A DNA stretch of 59,706 bases, filler included, from 4 parts of 4 records of this genome joined end to end with filler, not necessarily neighbours in it; one strand, 5' to 3'. Numbered from the whole stretch's first letter, positions 20,182 through 32,879 are shown. The notes: a model not told the origin generated them from the sequence alone. Made by a program: numbers and translations.

Positions 20182-20799
20182 TCAGACCGTCGCCGGGCGA
20201 TCGTAGCCGAGGCGCGCGAGGGTATCCACGATGGTCTGGGTTTGACTATCAATCTCGATGTTGACCTTTTGCCCCTTGGTGGCCTTCCCGAACGTGGTGG
20301 CACGCAGGGTCTCCGGGATAAGGTGGACGTTGAAGCGGTTACCTTCCACCTCGCCAATGGTCAGGCTAGCGCCATTGATGGCAATGTAGCCCTTGGGGAA
20401 GATGTACTTCGCCCAGGTTTCCGGTAGTTCGAACCAGAGGGTGACGTTGTTCTCCGGCCGCAGAACATCGACGATTGTTGCGGTAGTATGGATATGACCG
20501 CTGAGCAGATGGCCGCCGATTTCATCGCCAATGCGGGCGGCGCGCTCGAAGTTGGTTTCGTCACCGGGTTTCAGGTCGCCGAGGGTGGTCAGGCGCAGGG
20601 TTTCCTGCATGGCGTCGAAGTACAGCCGGTGGTCTTCCTGGCGGGTAACCGTCAGGCAGGTGCCGTTGATGGCAACCGAGGCACCGATGGTTACGCCCTG
20701 AACCCGATCTTCCGGGAAATCGATCAAAAAGGTACTCAGGCCGGGCGCCGCGATCACGTTTTCGACCCGTGCAATGCCCTGAACGATACCGGTAAACAT
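20182..20799 (-). CDS. ribC: Riboflavin synthase alpha chain
   Basis: MFTGIV N-terminal signature, GASVAINGTCLTV, GGHLLSGH; SD AGGAG. Confidence 0.95.
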   Translation of the reverse strand: MFTGIVQGIARVENVIAAPGLSTFLIDFPEDRVQGVTIGASVAINGTCLTVTRQEDHRLYFDAMQETLRLTTLGDLKPGDETNFERAARIGDEIGGHLLSGHIHTTATIVDVLRPENNVTLWFELPETWAKYIFPKGYIAINGASLTIGEVEGNRFNVHLIPETLRATTFGKATKGQKVNIEIDSQTQTIVDTLARLGYDRPATV

Positions 20800-20956
20800 A
20801 CATAATCTCCTGAAACCCGTTGATTGGCGCAAGCATACCGGTGCCTGTCAGTGTTGCCAAGAAGCCAGCAAGCCGCGTATGCCGGCAAAGCCGACATTCA
20901 AGAATTATTCGTAAAGGTCGATACTTGCATAAAGAACCTGAAGAACAGTGACCTCA

Positions 20957-21850
20957 ATGGCGGAAAATACTGCAGTAGACAAGACAGATCCGGCCAACGC
21001 ATCCGGAGCGGTGCTTCGCCCCGGCCGGGCCGCTGATCCGGTGCCGGCGACACCGGAATCCGCCCTCAATGCGGCGCAAAGAACCGCTGCCCTGCAGGCT
21101 GATGGTGACCAGGGCCAGAATACTGAATCCGGCAGCGAGCAGCCCGAGGCGCAGGAATCGCAGGATCGGACTGCCGAGACCGGGTCGGAGAACCCGGATA
21201 TCGAGCAGGCGCTGGCGGAGTCACGGCAGCGCAAGCTGCGTCTTATGCTACGGCAGTGTGACCGGGTTCTGCTGATGGACTTCAACTTGCTGGCTATGTC
21301 GGACTGGCCGGATAACTATCAGATGGCAGCTGCGCGGCGTAGCCGGGACCTCTGGATCTTCAGTGCCCTTTTGGCTGCGACGTTTTTCCTCAGTGGTTTG
21401 ACCGGTTTTGTGCCGGCCTGGGTAGCCGGTGGCGGTTTTGGCGCTTTCGTGATTATTCTGTTGCTGGGAGTGCCGTTTATCCGTCGGATTTACACGTCCA
21501 GCCCCTCCTATATGGATTTGATCATTCGCCGTCAGCGCATGCTTCGGGATGCCCGCAAACATGCGGCCCACCTGGAGGGAAAGGACGGGCTGATATGGCA
21601 GTGTGCGCGTATGTCAGAGTACAACCCGACACTGCGTCATACCCGCTTCAGTGAATTGCTCAGACTGTCTGAGCAACGGGTGTTGCCGCGTTATCTTACC
21701 CGGCGGGAACATGTTCGGCTGTATCTTATCTATCTGCTGGAAGCCGAGAAAGCCTATGGCAAAGTCCAGCAAGCGTTTTTCGACGGCAATCAGGACGCGA
21801 TAGACCGGGGTTGGCAGGCAGTGGCGGCGGTTCCTGAAGACCGAGCTTGA
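20957..21850 (+). CDS. Hypothetical membrane protein (acidic disordered N-terminus, two TM helices)
   Basis: ~297-aa ORF with hydrophobic hairpin LWIFSALL...LLLGVPF; no family recognised. Confidence 0.7.
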   Translation: MAENTAVDKTDPANASGAVLRPGRAADPVPATPESALNAAQRTAALQADGDQGQNTESGSEQPEAQESQDRTAETGSENPDIEQALAESRQRKLRLMLRQCDRVLLMDFNLLAMSDWPDNYQMAAARRSRDLWIFSALLAATFFLSGLTGFVPAWVAGGGFGAFVIILLLGVPFIRRIYTSSPSYMDLIIRRQRMLRDARKHAAHLEGKDGLIWQCARMSEYNPTLRHTRFSELLRLSEQRVLPRYLTRREHVRLYLIYLLEAEKAYGKVQQAFFDGNQDAIDRGWQAVAAVPEDRA

Positions 21851-21890
21851 CATGACAGACCTTCAAACGTATGTTTCAAACAGACGTTTG
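21847..21890 (+). promoter_or_regulatory. sigma70 promoter of psrA overlapped by tandem PsrA boxes
   Basis: TTGACA (21847-52), 17 bp, TATGTT (21870-75); CAAAC-N4-GTTTC and CAAAC-N4-GTTTG (21864-21890) match the Pseudomonas PsrA consensus. Confidence 0.8.
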
Positions 21891-21910
21891 CTAGAGGCTC
21901 TGACAACAAA

Positions 21911-22588
21911 ATGGCGCAGTCTGATACCGTTGACCGCATTCTTGACGCTGCCGAAGAGCTGTTTGCCGAGCGTGGGTTCTCGGAAACATCGCTTCGTATG
22001 ATTACCAGTAAGGCTAAGGTAAATCTGGCCGCTGTCAATTATCACTTTGGGTCTAAGAATGCCCTGATCCACGCCGTGTTCGCCCGGTTCCTGACGCCGT
22101 TTTCGGCCACCCTGGATACCGCCTTTGATGAACTCGAAGAGCGTTGTGATGGCCAGCCGCCCACGCTGAACCAGACCCTGTGGGCGCTTACGGAAAGTGC
22201 CGTGCGCATGCCTCAGCGTAATGAGAAAGGCATATCCATCTTCATGCGCCTGCTCGGTCTTGCCTATACCCAGTCTCAGGGCCACCTGCGTAAATTTCTC
22301 GAACAGGAATACAGTGAGCCATTTGGTCGTTTCATGCGCTTGCTCAAAGAGGCCACGCCTGAGTTGTCCTCGGTTGATCGCTACTGGCGCATCCAATTCA
22401 TGCTGGGAGCGACGGCCTTCACCATGTCCAGCAGTGATGCCCTGATTGATATTCTCGAAAACAAGCTGGGCGTTGAAACCACGGTTCAGGAAATTGCCGC
22501 ACGCCTGGTGCCGTTCCTGGCCGCAGGCATGAAGGCGCCAGACAAAATGCTGGTGCCGCCTACCGCTTCAGGCGTTTCGGTTGCCTGA
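21911..22588 (+). CDS. psrA: TetR-family regulator PsrA
   Basis: MAQSDTVDRILDAAEELFAERGFSETSLRMITSKAKVNLAAVNYHFGSK closely resembles Pseudomonas PsrA; upstream boxes; linkage to mfd. Confidence 0.85.
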   Translation: MAQSDTVDRILDAAEELFAERGFSETSLRMITSKAKVNLAAVNYHFGSKNALIHAVFARFLTPFSATLDTAFDELEERCDGQPPTLNQTLWALTESAVRMPQRNEKGISIFMRLLGLAYTQSQGHLRKFLEQEYSEPFGRFMRLLKEATPELSSVDRYWRIQFMLGATAFTMSSSDALIDILENKLGVETTVQEIAARLVPFLAAGMKAPDKMLVPPTASGVSVA

Positions 22589-22646
22589 ACTCCCCCGCCT
22601 CGGGTAGTCTTCCCTCTGGTTCGCAGCCGGAGGGAAGTCGCTACCA

Positions 22647-23147
22647 ATGCCCGATAACAAGCCCCCCGGGGTTACCCTGTCCATTGATATCGCCAATCAG
22701 TTCCTGACACTGGCTACTCAATCGGGTGATATCATTGCCCGCTACCCGGTATCCACTGGCCTGAATGGCCCCGGCCAGGCCGACGGCAGTGGCTGTACCC
22801 CTGTTGGCAAGCATTATGTCCGCGCCCGAATCGGGGCAGGGCAGCCATTAAATACGGTGTATCGCGGGCGCCGTCCCACTGGCGAGATCTACAGCCAGAG
22901 TCTGGCATCAGCGAATCCGGGGCGCGACTGGATTCTTACCCGTATACTCTGGCTTTGTGGCTGTGAATGGGGGCGAAACCGTGGGCCGGGGGTAGACACC
23001 TTTCGTCGTTTTATCTATATCCACGGCACGCCGGACAGTGAACCTATGGGGGTTGCCAGATCCCATGGCTGCATCCGGATGCGCAATACCGATATTGTTG
23101 AGCTTTTTGACCGGGTTCCAGCGGGGACCCCGGTCAGTATCTATTAA
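22647..23147 (+). CDS. L,D-transpeptidase (YkuD/ErfK family)
   Basis: YPVSTG, IYIHGT, SHGCIRM catalytic motif. Confidence 0.88.
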   Translation: MPDNKPPGVTLSIDIANQFLTLATQSGDIIARYPVSTGLNGPGQADGSGCTPVGKHYVRARIGAGQPLNTVYRGRRPTGEIYSQSLASANPGRDWILTRILWLCGCEWGRNRGPGVDTFRRFIYIHGTPDSEPMGVARSHGCIRMRNTDIVELFDRVPAGTPVSIY

Positions 23148-23170
23148 CCCGCATAATTCAGAGGGACAGG

Positions 23171-26001
<2,831 letters not shown>

Positions 26002-26005
<4 letters not shown>

Positions 26006-26158
26006 GATGCCTTTGCCGGGGCCTTGTCGGGCGCCAGTTCTTCGAGCATCGCTGCGATGGCGTCGAGTTTACCATCGGTTGAGTCATCATTCAGCCGGAA
26101 GCGAAAGCTGTTGGCGCCTTCGAGCCGGTATCGATCCGGAGCGGATTGCACTTTTTTA
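26002..26158 (-). CDS. mfd: Transcription-repair coupling factor, C-terminal fragment
   Basis: Manual translation KKVQSAPDRYRLEGANSFRFRLNDDSTDGKLDAIAAMLEELAPDKAPAKAS* resembles the TRCF domain end; mfd-csiV synteny. Confidence 0.75.
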
Positions 26159-26258
26159 NNNNNNNNNNNNNNNNNNNNNNNNNNNNNNNNNNNNNNNNNN
26201 NNTTAATTAATTAANNNNNNNNNNNNNNNNNNNNNNNNNNNNNNNNNNNNNNNNNNNN
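26159..26258. other. Artificial contig spacer
   Basis: N-run / TTAATTAATTAA / N-run. Confidence 0.98.
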
Positions 26259-26286
26259 GCTATACGTCCGTGCGACTCGCACTAGC

Positions 26287-26541
26287 CTACCGCGAATGCC
26301 TGTTGCCGGCGGATTCGGAAAACGCATCGGTCGGTTCACACAAAGGACGTTTCAGTAGATGAATCGCTTCCTTCGATCCAGAAGTTGCCGACAAGGCGTA
26401 TGCACTGACCAGCTCCCAACCGTCGCGGCCCAGAGCGTTTAGCTTAAGCTCCAATGCCGTAGCAACTAACGTGCCCTTCGCTCCGCCCCAACCTTGCTCG
26501 ACAGGAAACTGCAAACACTTATATTCCCACTTGACGATCAA
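26287..26541 (-). CDS. DUF4177-like small protein
   Basis: KWEYK...LNALGRDGWELVS...LKRP signature. Confidence 0.75.
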   Translation of the reverse strand: MIVKWEYKCLQFPVEQGWGGAKGTLVATALELKLNALGRDGWELVSAYALSATSGSKEAIHLLKRPLCEPTDAFSESAGNRHSR

Positions 26542-26591
26542 GATACTTAGTCCTTTCCAAGAGTCGCTAATCGCTGAGGCACGTTACTGCG

Positions 26592-26936
26592 ATGACAAAG
26601 ATCCTGCACAACCCCAGGTGCTCCAAATCCCGCAACGCCTTGGCACTACTTGAGGACCGAGGCTTGGAAGTTGAAATCGTTCGATTCCTGGACACACCAC
26701 CTTCAACAAAAGAATTGGCGGAGATACTGGACGCACTGGGCGCAGAGCCCTCTGCTATCATTCGCAAATCCGAAAAGCTCTACAAAGAGCTAGGACTGGC
26801 CGACAAGCAGTTGAGCCAATCCGAGTGGCTGAAGGTGCTTAGTGAGAACCCGAAATTGATCGAGCGGCCGATTGTGATCCACAATGGCAAAGCTGCCATC
26901 GGTAGACCCACTGAAAACATTGAAGCCATTCTGTAA
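26592..26936 (+). CDS. arsC: ArsC-family (glutaredoxin-type) arsenate reductase-like protein
   Basis: HNPRCSKSR, P.LIERPIV, AIGRP. Confidence 0.85.
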   Translation: MTKILHNPRCSKSRNALALLEDRGLEVEIVRFLDTPPSTKELAEILDALGAEPSAIIRKSEKLYKELGLADKQLSQSEWLKVLSENPKLIERPIVIHNGKAAIGRPTENIEAIL

Positions 26937-26975
26937 CGCCCCGCACAACAGCAAGCTTGATTATTCGATCGCACA

Positions 26976-29516
26976 TTGAACCTGGAAGTCGGCCTACACT
27001 TCTCGGTCGAGACGACGGATGGTAAAACAAGGCCTTTTCTACGAGCGCTCGCGTTGTCATACACGCCAATTCACCACCGAACTCTTCAAGTTGGGTGGGC
27101 TATTCTCTCTGCATTGACTTTCTTCTGTGAGACGGATTTAGCGGCGCAGGAGCGTCTACTAGATCATTTCCCTGCAGCGGCCGCCTCTGGTTGCATGACG
27201 TGCCATGCAGAAATCGAACCGATCCGCGACATCGGTTCCGAAATGCTTACGCAAATCATGGAACGGGGCTCTGAATTGGGAGATCCAGCAGGTTGTATAG
27301 TCTGCCACAACGGCGATCCGAATGAAAAGCTTGATAAAACGATCGCTCACGGCGGCAACGACTTCTATGCCGATCCCGGCAGCCCGTGGATCAACGACAC
27401 CACGTGCGGCCAATGCCACAAGGAGCAAGTTGGCACGCAGTGGCAAAGCCTGATGATGACCGAGGCAGGCAAGATCCAAGGCACCTGCTGGTCATTCGGT
27501 GCACTCACCGGTTATGAACATAAGTACGCAAACTATGCCGTTGAAAACCCCAAAGACCCTTTGGTTCGGCTTGGGACGGCAACGTACCGCAAATACATGG
27601 AACGCCTGAAGGAACTCGAACCGAACGTCTTCGTCGACTCCCACGAAGCGCTTCCGGACGCCGTTGGCTTTGACGAACTGGAAAAACTAGAGGAATCACC
27701 GGAGCTCGCCGCTTTCACTTACATACGCCAAGAGTGCAATCGCTGCCACCATGCGGTCAAGGGGCGATCTCGGAGAGGCGATTTTCGCGGCATGGGCTGT
27801 TCAAGCTGCCATGTGCCCTACAGCAACGAAGGTCTTTATGAAGGCCATGATTCGTCCATTCCCAAAGACACTCCTTCGCATCCACTAACGCACCAAATCC
27901 AGGGCACGCGTGACGCAACCGTAACTGTCAATGAAGTAAGCTACCACGGACTGCCCGCTGAAACATGTACTACTTGCCACAATCGTGGCAAGAGGATTGG
28001 TGTCTCGTTTCAGGGGCTGATGGAGTCTCCCTATGCATCGCCGTTCACCGAAGATGGCGACGAACAACCGGGACTGCACACCAAACACTATGTCGCGATG
28101 GAGCAAGACATCCATTATCAAAAGGGAATGAAGTGCCAGGACTGCCACACGTCGATTGACGTTCACGGAGATGGCTTCTTGGCACCAACAAATCTTGCAG
28201 CCGTCCAGATCGAATGTTCCGACTGCCATGGAACTCCAGATGCATTTCCCTGGGAGTTACCAATTGGGTTCATGGATGAGTTTTCGATGTCGTCGGCCGA
28301 GGGTAAAGCGAGAGGCGTGACTGACAAACAGTTGCCACACACCTGGGCGGGCATGAGCTACGACAGTCGCGACGGCTACTTGCTGACAGCTAGGGGCAAC
28401 CCGTATGAGAATGTCGTGCGCGATGGCGACGAAGTTATCGTGCATACTGCCGAAGGAAAGGACATTCGCCTGAAACCACTCAAGAAACTGGCTGACGAGA
28501 ACGCAATCAGCCAGCGTGGTTTAGTTTCAATGAAGAGCATCTCGAAGCACCTGGACCGCATGGAATGCTACACATGCCATGCAAGCTGGACGCCGCAGTG
28601 TTACGGATGCCATGTGAAGATTGACTACAGCCAAAAGGACCGTTGTCCTGAGATAAACGAATCCCGCCAGGGCTTTGACTGGGTCGCGGCGGGAAGAAAG
28701 CATTCCGATCCAGATCACCGGACTGATTCAGGAGAATCGGCTTACGATTTGATGATCCCCGGAAAGGTCACCGAGCAGCGCAGCTACCTGCGATGGGAAG
28801 AACCGATGATGGGCGTCAATGGAGAAGGGCGTGTAACGCCACTCGCGCCAGGCTGCCAACCTTCGGTAACAATCATTGGAGCAAACGGCAAACCTATTCT
28901 GACAAATCACATTTTCAAGACGCCAGCCGGTCTCGAAAACAGTTCAACCGGTCAGCTTGCGATCGATATGAGCCCTGTCCAACCACATACGATGACCAAG
29001 AATGCCCGCACTTGCGAATCATGTCACGCAAGCGACAAAGCACTCGGACTAGGCATCGATGGACCGAGACCGTGGAATGAAACACATTACGTTGACCTGG
29101 AGACAACCGACGGTACAGTGCTTTCCAAGCAAGCCCAACCTCAGATGAATGCGATTGAGAACCTAAATCACGATTGGTCTCAAATTGTCGATCGTGACGG
29201 TAACCAGCTAGCAACTGTCGGTCACCACTGGAAGCTTTCAAGGGCACTGAACAAGCAGGAGATTGAGCACATGCAGCGTGATGGCACTTGCATTGCATGT
29301 CACCAAGAGATCCCTGAAAACTCAGCCGCAATCAACCTGTTGCACCACGTTGCCAAGTATACCGGCGGGCTGCCAAAGACGAACGAAGAACATTCAAGCT
29401 TGGTTCACAAAATTGTCTTAACGAGCGCTTGGCTTCAAGTGCTGGGCCCTGTTGTTGCGCTTTGTGCGTGTTTCGCAGCAGGACGCTACGTATGGCGACG
29501 CCGCAAGAAACGCTAG
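26976..29516 (+). CDS. Membrane-anchored multiheme cytochrome c (12 CxxCH); start uncertain
   Basis: CMTCH, CIVCH, CGQCH, CNRCH, CSSCH, CTTCH, CQDCH, CSDCH, CYTCH, CYGCH, CESCH, CIACH; C-terminal TM helix + WRRRKKR. Confidence 0.88.
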   Translation: MNLEVGLHFSVETTDGKTRPFLRALALSYTPIHHRTLQVGWAILSALTFFCETDLAAQERLLDHFPAAAASGCMTCHAEIEPIRDIGSEMLTQIMERGSELGDPAGCIVCHNGDPNEKLDKTIAHGGNDFYADPGSPWINDTTCGQCHKEQVGTQWQSLMMTEAGKIQGTCWSFGALTGYEHKYANYAVENPKDPLVRLGTATYRKYMERLKELEPNVFVDSHEALPDAVGFDELEKLEESPELAAFTYIRQECNRCHHAVKGRSRRGDFRGMGCSSCHVPYSNEGLYEGHDSSIPKDTPSHPLTHQIQGTRDATVTVNEVSYHGLPAETCTTCHNRGKRIGVSFQGLMESPYASPFTEDGDEQPGLHTKHYVAMEQDIHYQKGMKCQDCHTSIDVHGDGFLAPTNLAAVQIECSDCHGTPDAFPWELPIGFMDEFSMSSAEGKARGVTDKQLPHTWAGMSYDSRDGYLLTARGNPYENVVRDGDEVIVHTAEGKDIRLKPLKKLADENAISQRGLVSMKSISKHLDRMECYTCHASWTPQCYGCHVKIDYSQKDRCPEINESRQGFDWVAAGRKHSDPDHRTDSGESAYDLMIPGKVTEQRSYLRWEEPMMGVNGEGRVTPLAPGCQPSVTIIGANGKPILTNHIFKTPAGLENSSTGQLAIDMSPVQPHTMTKNARTCESCHASDKALGLGIDGPRPWNETHYVDLETTDGTVLSKQAQPQMNAIENLNHDWSQIVDRDGNQLATVGHHWKLSRALNKQEIEHMQRDGTCIACHQEIPENSAAINLLHHVAKYTGGLPKTNEEHSSLVHKIVLTSAWLQVLGPVVALCACFAAGRYVWRRRKKR

Positions 29517-29522
29517 CGTCGG

Positions 29523-30335
29523 TTACAACTTCGGCTCGGAGTGCAATTCACCTGTGAGAACGATCTGCGCTTTTCCAGCCAGAACGACCCGGTCGCCCTT
29601 CGCCTGGCATTGCACATAACCGCCGCGGCGTGAGGCCTGATATCCAACGAGCGCGTCTTTCCCAAGCCTTTTGGACCAGTAGGGAGTCAGGCAACAATGC
29701 GCGGATCCAGTCACGGGATCTTCGTTCACGTCGCACTTCGGCGCAAAGAAACGTGAAACGAAATCAGATTCACCGTCCCCCTTGGCGGTAACAATGACTC
29801 CTCGGGCGTCGAGTGCTATAATGGCGTTCATATCTGGTGCGGCGCTGCGAACGTCTTCGGCGCTTGCGAGTGTTACCAAGTAGTCGAATTTGCTTTTCAA
29901 AATTTCACTACACTCTTGAATACGCAATGCTTCGAGTACCGACTGCGTCTCGGAACTGGCTCCGTCAGGCAGCTCCACCGGCGGAGTAGCGGGCATGTCC
30001 ATCTGAATCACGTCGTCAGCCACAGAACAAACCAATGTACCGCTACGCGTCTCGAACCGGCAACTCTCGCCTGTGAGCCGTCCCTCTTGCCGAAGTACTT
30101 GCATGGCCGCCATTGTTGCGTGCCCACACAAATCGACCTCAGTATTCGGCGTGAACCACCGTAGCTTCATTTGATCCTTACCGGTCGGAACCACGAATGC
30201 GGTTTCCGCGCAGTTCATCTCCATAGCGACATCTTGCATCCAGGAATCACTGGGGAACTCGGGAAGAATGCAGACTGCTGCCGGATTCCCGGTGAACGGA
30301 CGGTCCGCAAACGAATCAACTTGCCAAAATTTCAC
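29523..30335 (-). CDS. PhzF-family isomerase
   Basis: QVDSF..PFTGNPAAV, ETAF, EVDLCGHAT, EDPVTGSAHC. Confidence 0.92.
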   Translation of the reverse strand: MKFWQVDSFADRPFTGNPAAVCILPEFPSDSWMQDVAMEMNCAETAFVVPTGKDQMKLRWFTPNTEVDLCGHATMAAMQVLRQEGRLTGESCRFETRSGTLVCSVADDVIQMDMPATPPVELPDGASSETQSVLEALRIQECSEILKSKFDYLVTLASAEDVRSAAPDMNAIIALDARGVIVTAKGDGESDFVSRFFAPKCDVNEDPVTGSAHCCLTPYWSKRLGKDALVGYQASRRGGYVQCQAKGDRVVLAGKAQIVLTGELHSEPKL

Positions 30336-30507
30336 GTGCCTGCCTTTTCACTCAATTAGCGTTTCAAAATTTTTTGCGCGACCTATCGTCGCTCAAAACG
30401 TGTCACTTGGGCAGTAGGACACGCTCCGGGCCGGCGTGGGTGAATGGATTGAATCAGAAAACCCAAATTTTCTAGTCACTTTGGGTATTGCAGCAGCCGA
30501 GAATTAA

Positions 30508-30521
30508 AGTACAACTGTACT
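30508..30521. promoter_or_regulatory. BlaI/MecI/CopY-type operator
   Basis: Perfect inverted repeat AGTACA-AC-TGTACT (TACA-N2-TGTA core) 70 bp upstream of the blaI-like gene. Confidence 0.75.
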
Positions 30522-30591
30522 CAACGTAAGTGAGCTTGTACTTAGAAGTTCAATCTTGGAACGCGATTGCTAGCGTAAAGGCTCGGCCCGC

Positions 30592-30990
30592 ATGGAAAAC
30601 AGACCTTCACTGTCGAGAGGCGAAACGCAGGTGCTTAAAGCACTGTGGCGTCTCGAGAAAGGTTCGGTAGGCGAGATTCACGCCGCGGTGCCAGAGCAAT
30701 TGGAGATGGATTACAGCACGGTTCAAACTTACGTACGACGTTTGACTGCCAAAGGTTACGTATCGGCCCAAAGAATTGGCCGCAATAAAATCTACCGACC
30801 CGCAGTCCGCAAGAATCAGGTAATTGGCGAGGCGGTTGAAGACTTCCTTGACCACATGTTCGATGGCAAATTACTCCCCATGGTTCGCCATCTCGTTGAC
30901 TCGCGAGACGTTTCGCCTGAAGAGATTCAGGATCTAATGAAAATTGTTGAGCGTCTGCGGCGCGAGAAGGGGAGTGATGATGGGAAGTAG
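30592..30990 (+). CDS. BlaI/MecI/CopY-family repressor
   Basis: LSRGETQVLKALW, YSTVQTYVRRL..KG, FLDHMFDG; coupled to M56 gene. Confidence 0.92.
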   Translation: MENRPSLSRGETQVLKALWRLEKGSVGEIHAAVPEQLEMDYSTVQTYVRRLTAKGYVSAQRIGRNKIYRPAVRKNQVIGEAVEDFLDHMFDGKLLPMVRHLVDSRDVSPEEIQDLMKIVERLRREKGSDDGK

Positions 30991-32872
30991 TCAAGCTCTC
31001 CAGTTTGCGACCGCTCACCTACTGCAGCTTAGCGTTGTCATCGTGATTGCGGCCGTTGTCGTTCGCTTTGCAAGTCGTCGTTTGCCTCACCTGGCATTCC
31101 TGATTTGTATGCTTGCACTAGCAAAATGCGTGGTGCCGCCGGTGATTACAAGTCCCGCGGGACTGTTCACCCTTCACAACGCATTGTCGTTTTCGCCGCA
31201 GATGGATGTTCTCGACAGCGAGACCTTCCTGCAGCTCAAGCAGACCATGGGTGACGATTCCGCTGCTGCTAGTGCGCAGCCGCCGCTTTGGGGTTTCCCA
31301 ACATGGGGAGTGGTAACCCTGGCCCTTTGGTCGATCGGATCGCTGTTCCTGCTGTGCTATGCAGCGTGGAAGTACCGCAAAGTGACCAATATCATCGCTC
31401 GCTGCACACCGGCATGCCGTTCGTTTCGTGTCGAAACAGATCGACTCGCTGCCCAACTTGGACTCAAGCGGCGTGTCCGCGTCATGGTCTCGGCAGAGAA
31501 TTACGGCCCAGCGTGTGTAGGCGTGCTGCGACCGACGCTTGTACTGCCGCAAACCCTAGTAGCAAACTGGTCGAATCGCCTGCTCACGCCCGTTCTTGCA
31601 CACGAACTCGTGCATGCACGACGTGGTGATGCAGCCTGGGGTTATCTGCAGTTTATCGCTCAAATCATTTGCTGGTTTCATCCACTTGTATGGTGGCTTG
31701 GCCGTCACGCTCAGATTCTGTGCGAACGTTGCTGCGACCAAGAGGTACTCTCCTCTTTGAAGGTTGCACCAGCGGATTACGCCGAGAGCTTGGTGCGTGT
31801 TCTTGAAATGCAGAGCGTCTGCAAGCCGCTTCCGGTGGGATCTGGAATGTCGCCCGTTGAAATCACTGAACAGCGAATTCACCGATTGTCACAACCTGCC
31901 TCCACTCGGCGGACACATCGAGTCACCTGGGCCCTGGCACTCCTGTCAGCCGCACTTGTACTGCCGGGAATGCGGTGGGCGACCAATCCAATGTTTGAAG
32001 TCCAGATGGACCTCCAAGCGAACGATTACTCGCTACGCGTCAACGCGGCGATCGAACACGAGGACTGGAAGCGAGCAATTGCTCTGCTACGCCCTCTTGT
32101 TGAGAAGGACCCGCAAAACGCTGATGCCCTTTTCTTCCTGGGATATGCACTTCATGCGGAAGGAAGAATCGATGAAGCCATTGGTTATCACAGGCTGGCT
32201 GCAAAGTTTAAGTCTTTAAAGCCAATTGCGACCTACAACTTGGCGTGTGCTCTTGCGATCAAGGGCGACGAAGCTGAAGCGCTGGCGACGTTGAAGGGCT
32301 CCATTGCTGGCGGTTTTATCCCGCGAGACATGAACCTGACGGACGATCCTGACCTCAAGTCATTGTTCCGTTGTCCAGAATTTGCCGTGCTGAACGCCAG
32401 CGTGATCATGCAACGCATTACACCTGACATTGTCGAAAAGATTGACACGCGGACCGTTCGCAAATTGCTCAAGCTTCCTCCAGCTTTGCCTGCGTCTAGC
32501 GATTCCGCGGCGACCTTCAGGCCGGCGATGGCGAAACGTGCCGATGGTCCATCAGTGGCGACGACAACAGAGGTAACCCAAAATAGTCGTCGCCGAATAA
32601 TCGATTCACGCTACGTTACGAAATTACCTGAGAAGACTATCGCTGTTTTGTACCTTTCCCCAAGCAAAGACGACGTTTGCCTTGAGGCCAGGTTGAGGAC
32701 GCCAGGCGTTCCGACTGTTGATGCAGAAGTAAGAATGCAGCCTAAGGAAAACGGTTGTATTGAACAGACAATCGAATGCAAGATCGAGAGCTCGGGGCAC
32801 TGCTTCACTCGATCGATGCTGATTTCTCCCGAAGCTTTGCTACCTGTAGAGGGGGCATGGCAGACGATGTAG
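30977..32872 (+). CDS. BlaR1-like M56 metallopeptidase with TPR region
   Basis: N-terminal TM helices, HELVH zinc motif, WFHPLVW, ERCCD; then TPR (ALFFLGYALH, YNLACALA). Confidence 0.88.
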   Translation: MMGSSQALQFATAHLLQLSVVIVIAAVVVRFASRRLPHLAFLICMLALAKCVVPPVITSPAGLFTLHNALSFSPQMDVLDSETFLQLKQTMGDDSAAASAQPPLWGFPTWGVVTLALWSIGSLFLLCYAAWKYRKVTNIIARCTPACRSFRVETDRLAAQLGLKRRVRVMVSAENYGPACVGVLRPTLVLPQTLVANWSNRLLTPVLAHELVHARRGDAAWGYLQFIAQIICWFHPLVWWLGRHAQILCERCCDQEVLSSLKVAPADYAESLVRVLEMQSVCKPLPVGSGMSPVEITEQRIHRLSQPASTRRTHRVTWALALLSAALVLPGMRWATNPMFEVQMDLQANDYSLRVNAAIEHEDWKRAIALLRPLVEKDPQNADALFFLGYALHAEGRIDEAIGYHRLAAKFKSLKPIATYNLACALAIKGDEAEALATLKGSIAGGFIPRDMNLTDDPDLKSLFRCPEFAVLNASVIMQRITPDIVEKIDTRTVRKLLKLPPALPASSDSAATFRPAMAKRADGPSVATTTEVTQNSRRRIIDSRYVTKLPEKTIAVLYLSPSKDDVCLEARLRTPGVPTVDAEVRMQPKENGCIEQTIECKIESSGHCFTRSMLISPEALLPVEGAWQTM

Positions 32873-32879
32873 ATGGCCT

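Noticed and set aside
29523-30335. PhzF as evidence for phenazine biosynthesis linked to the multiheme cytochrome
   Set aside because: No other phz genes, convergent orientation, and lone PhzF homologs are widespread
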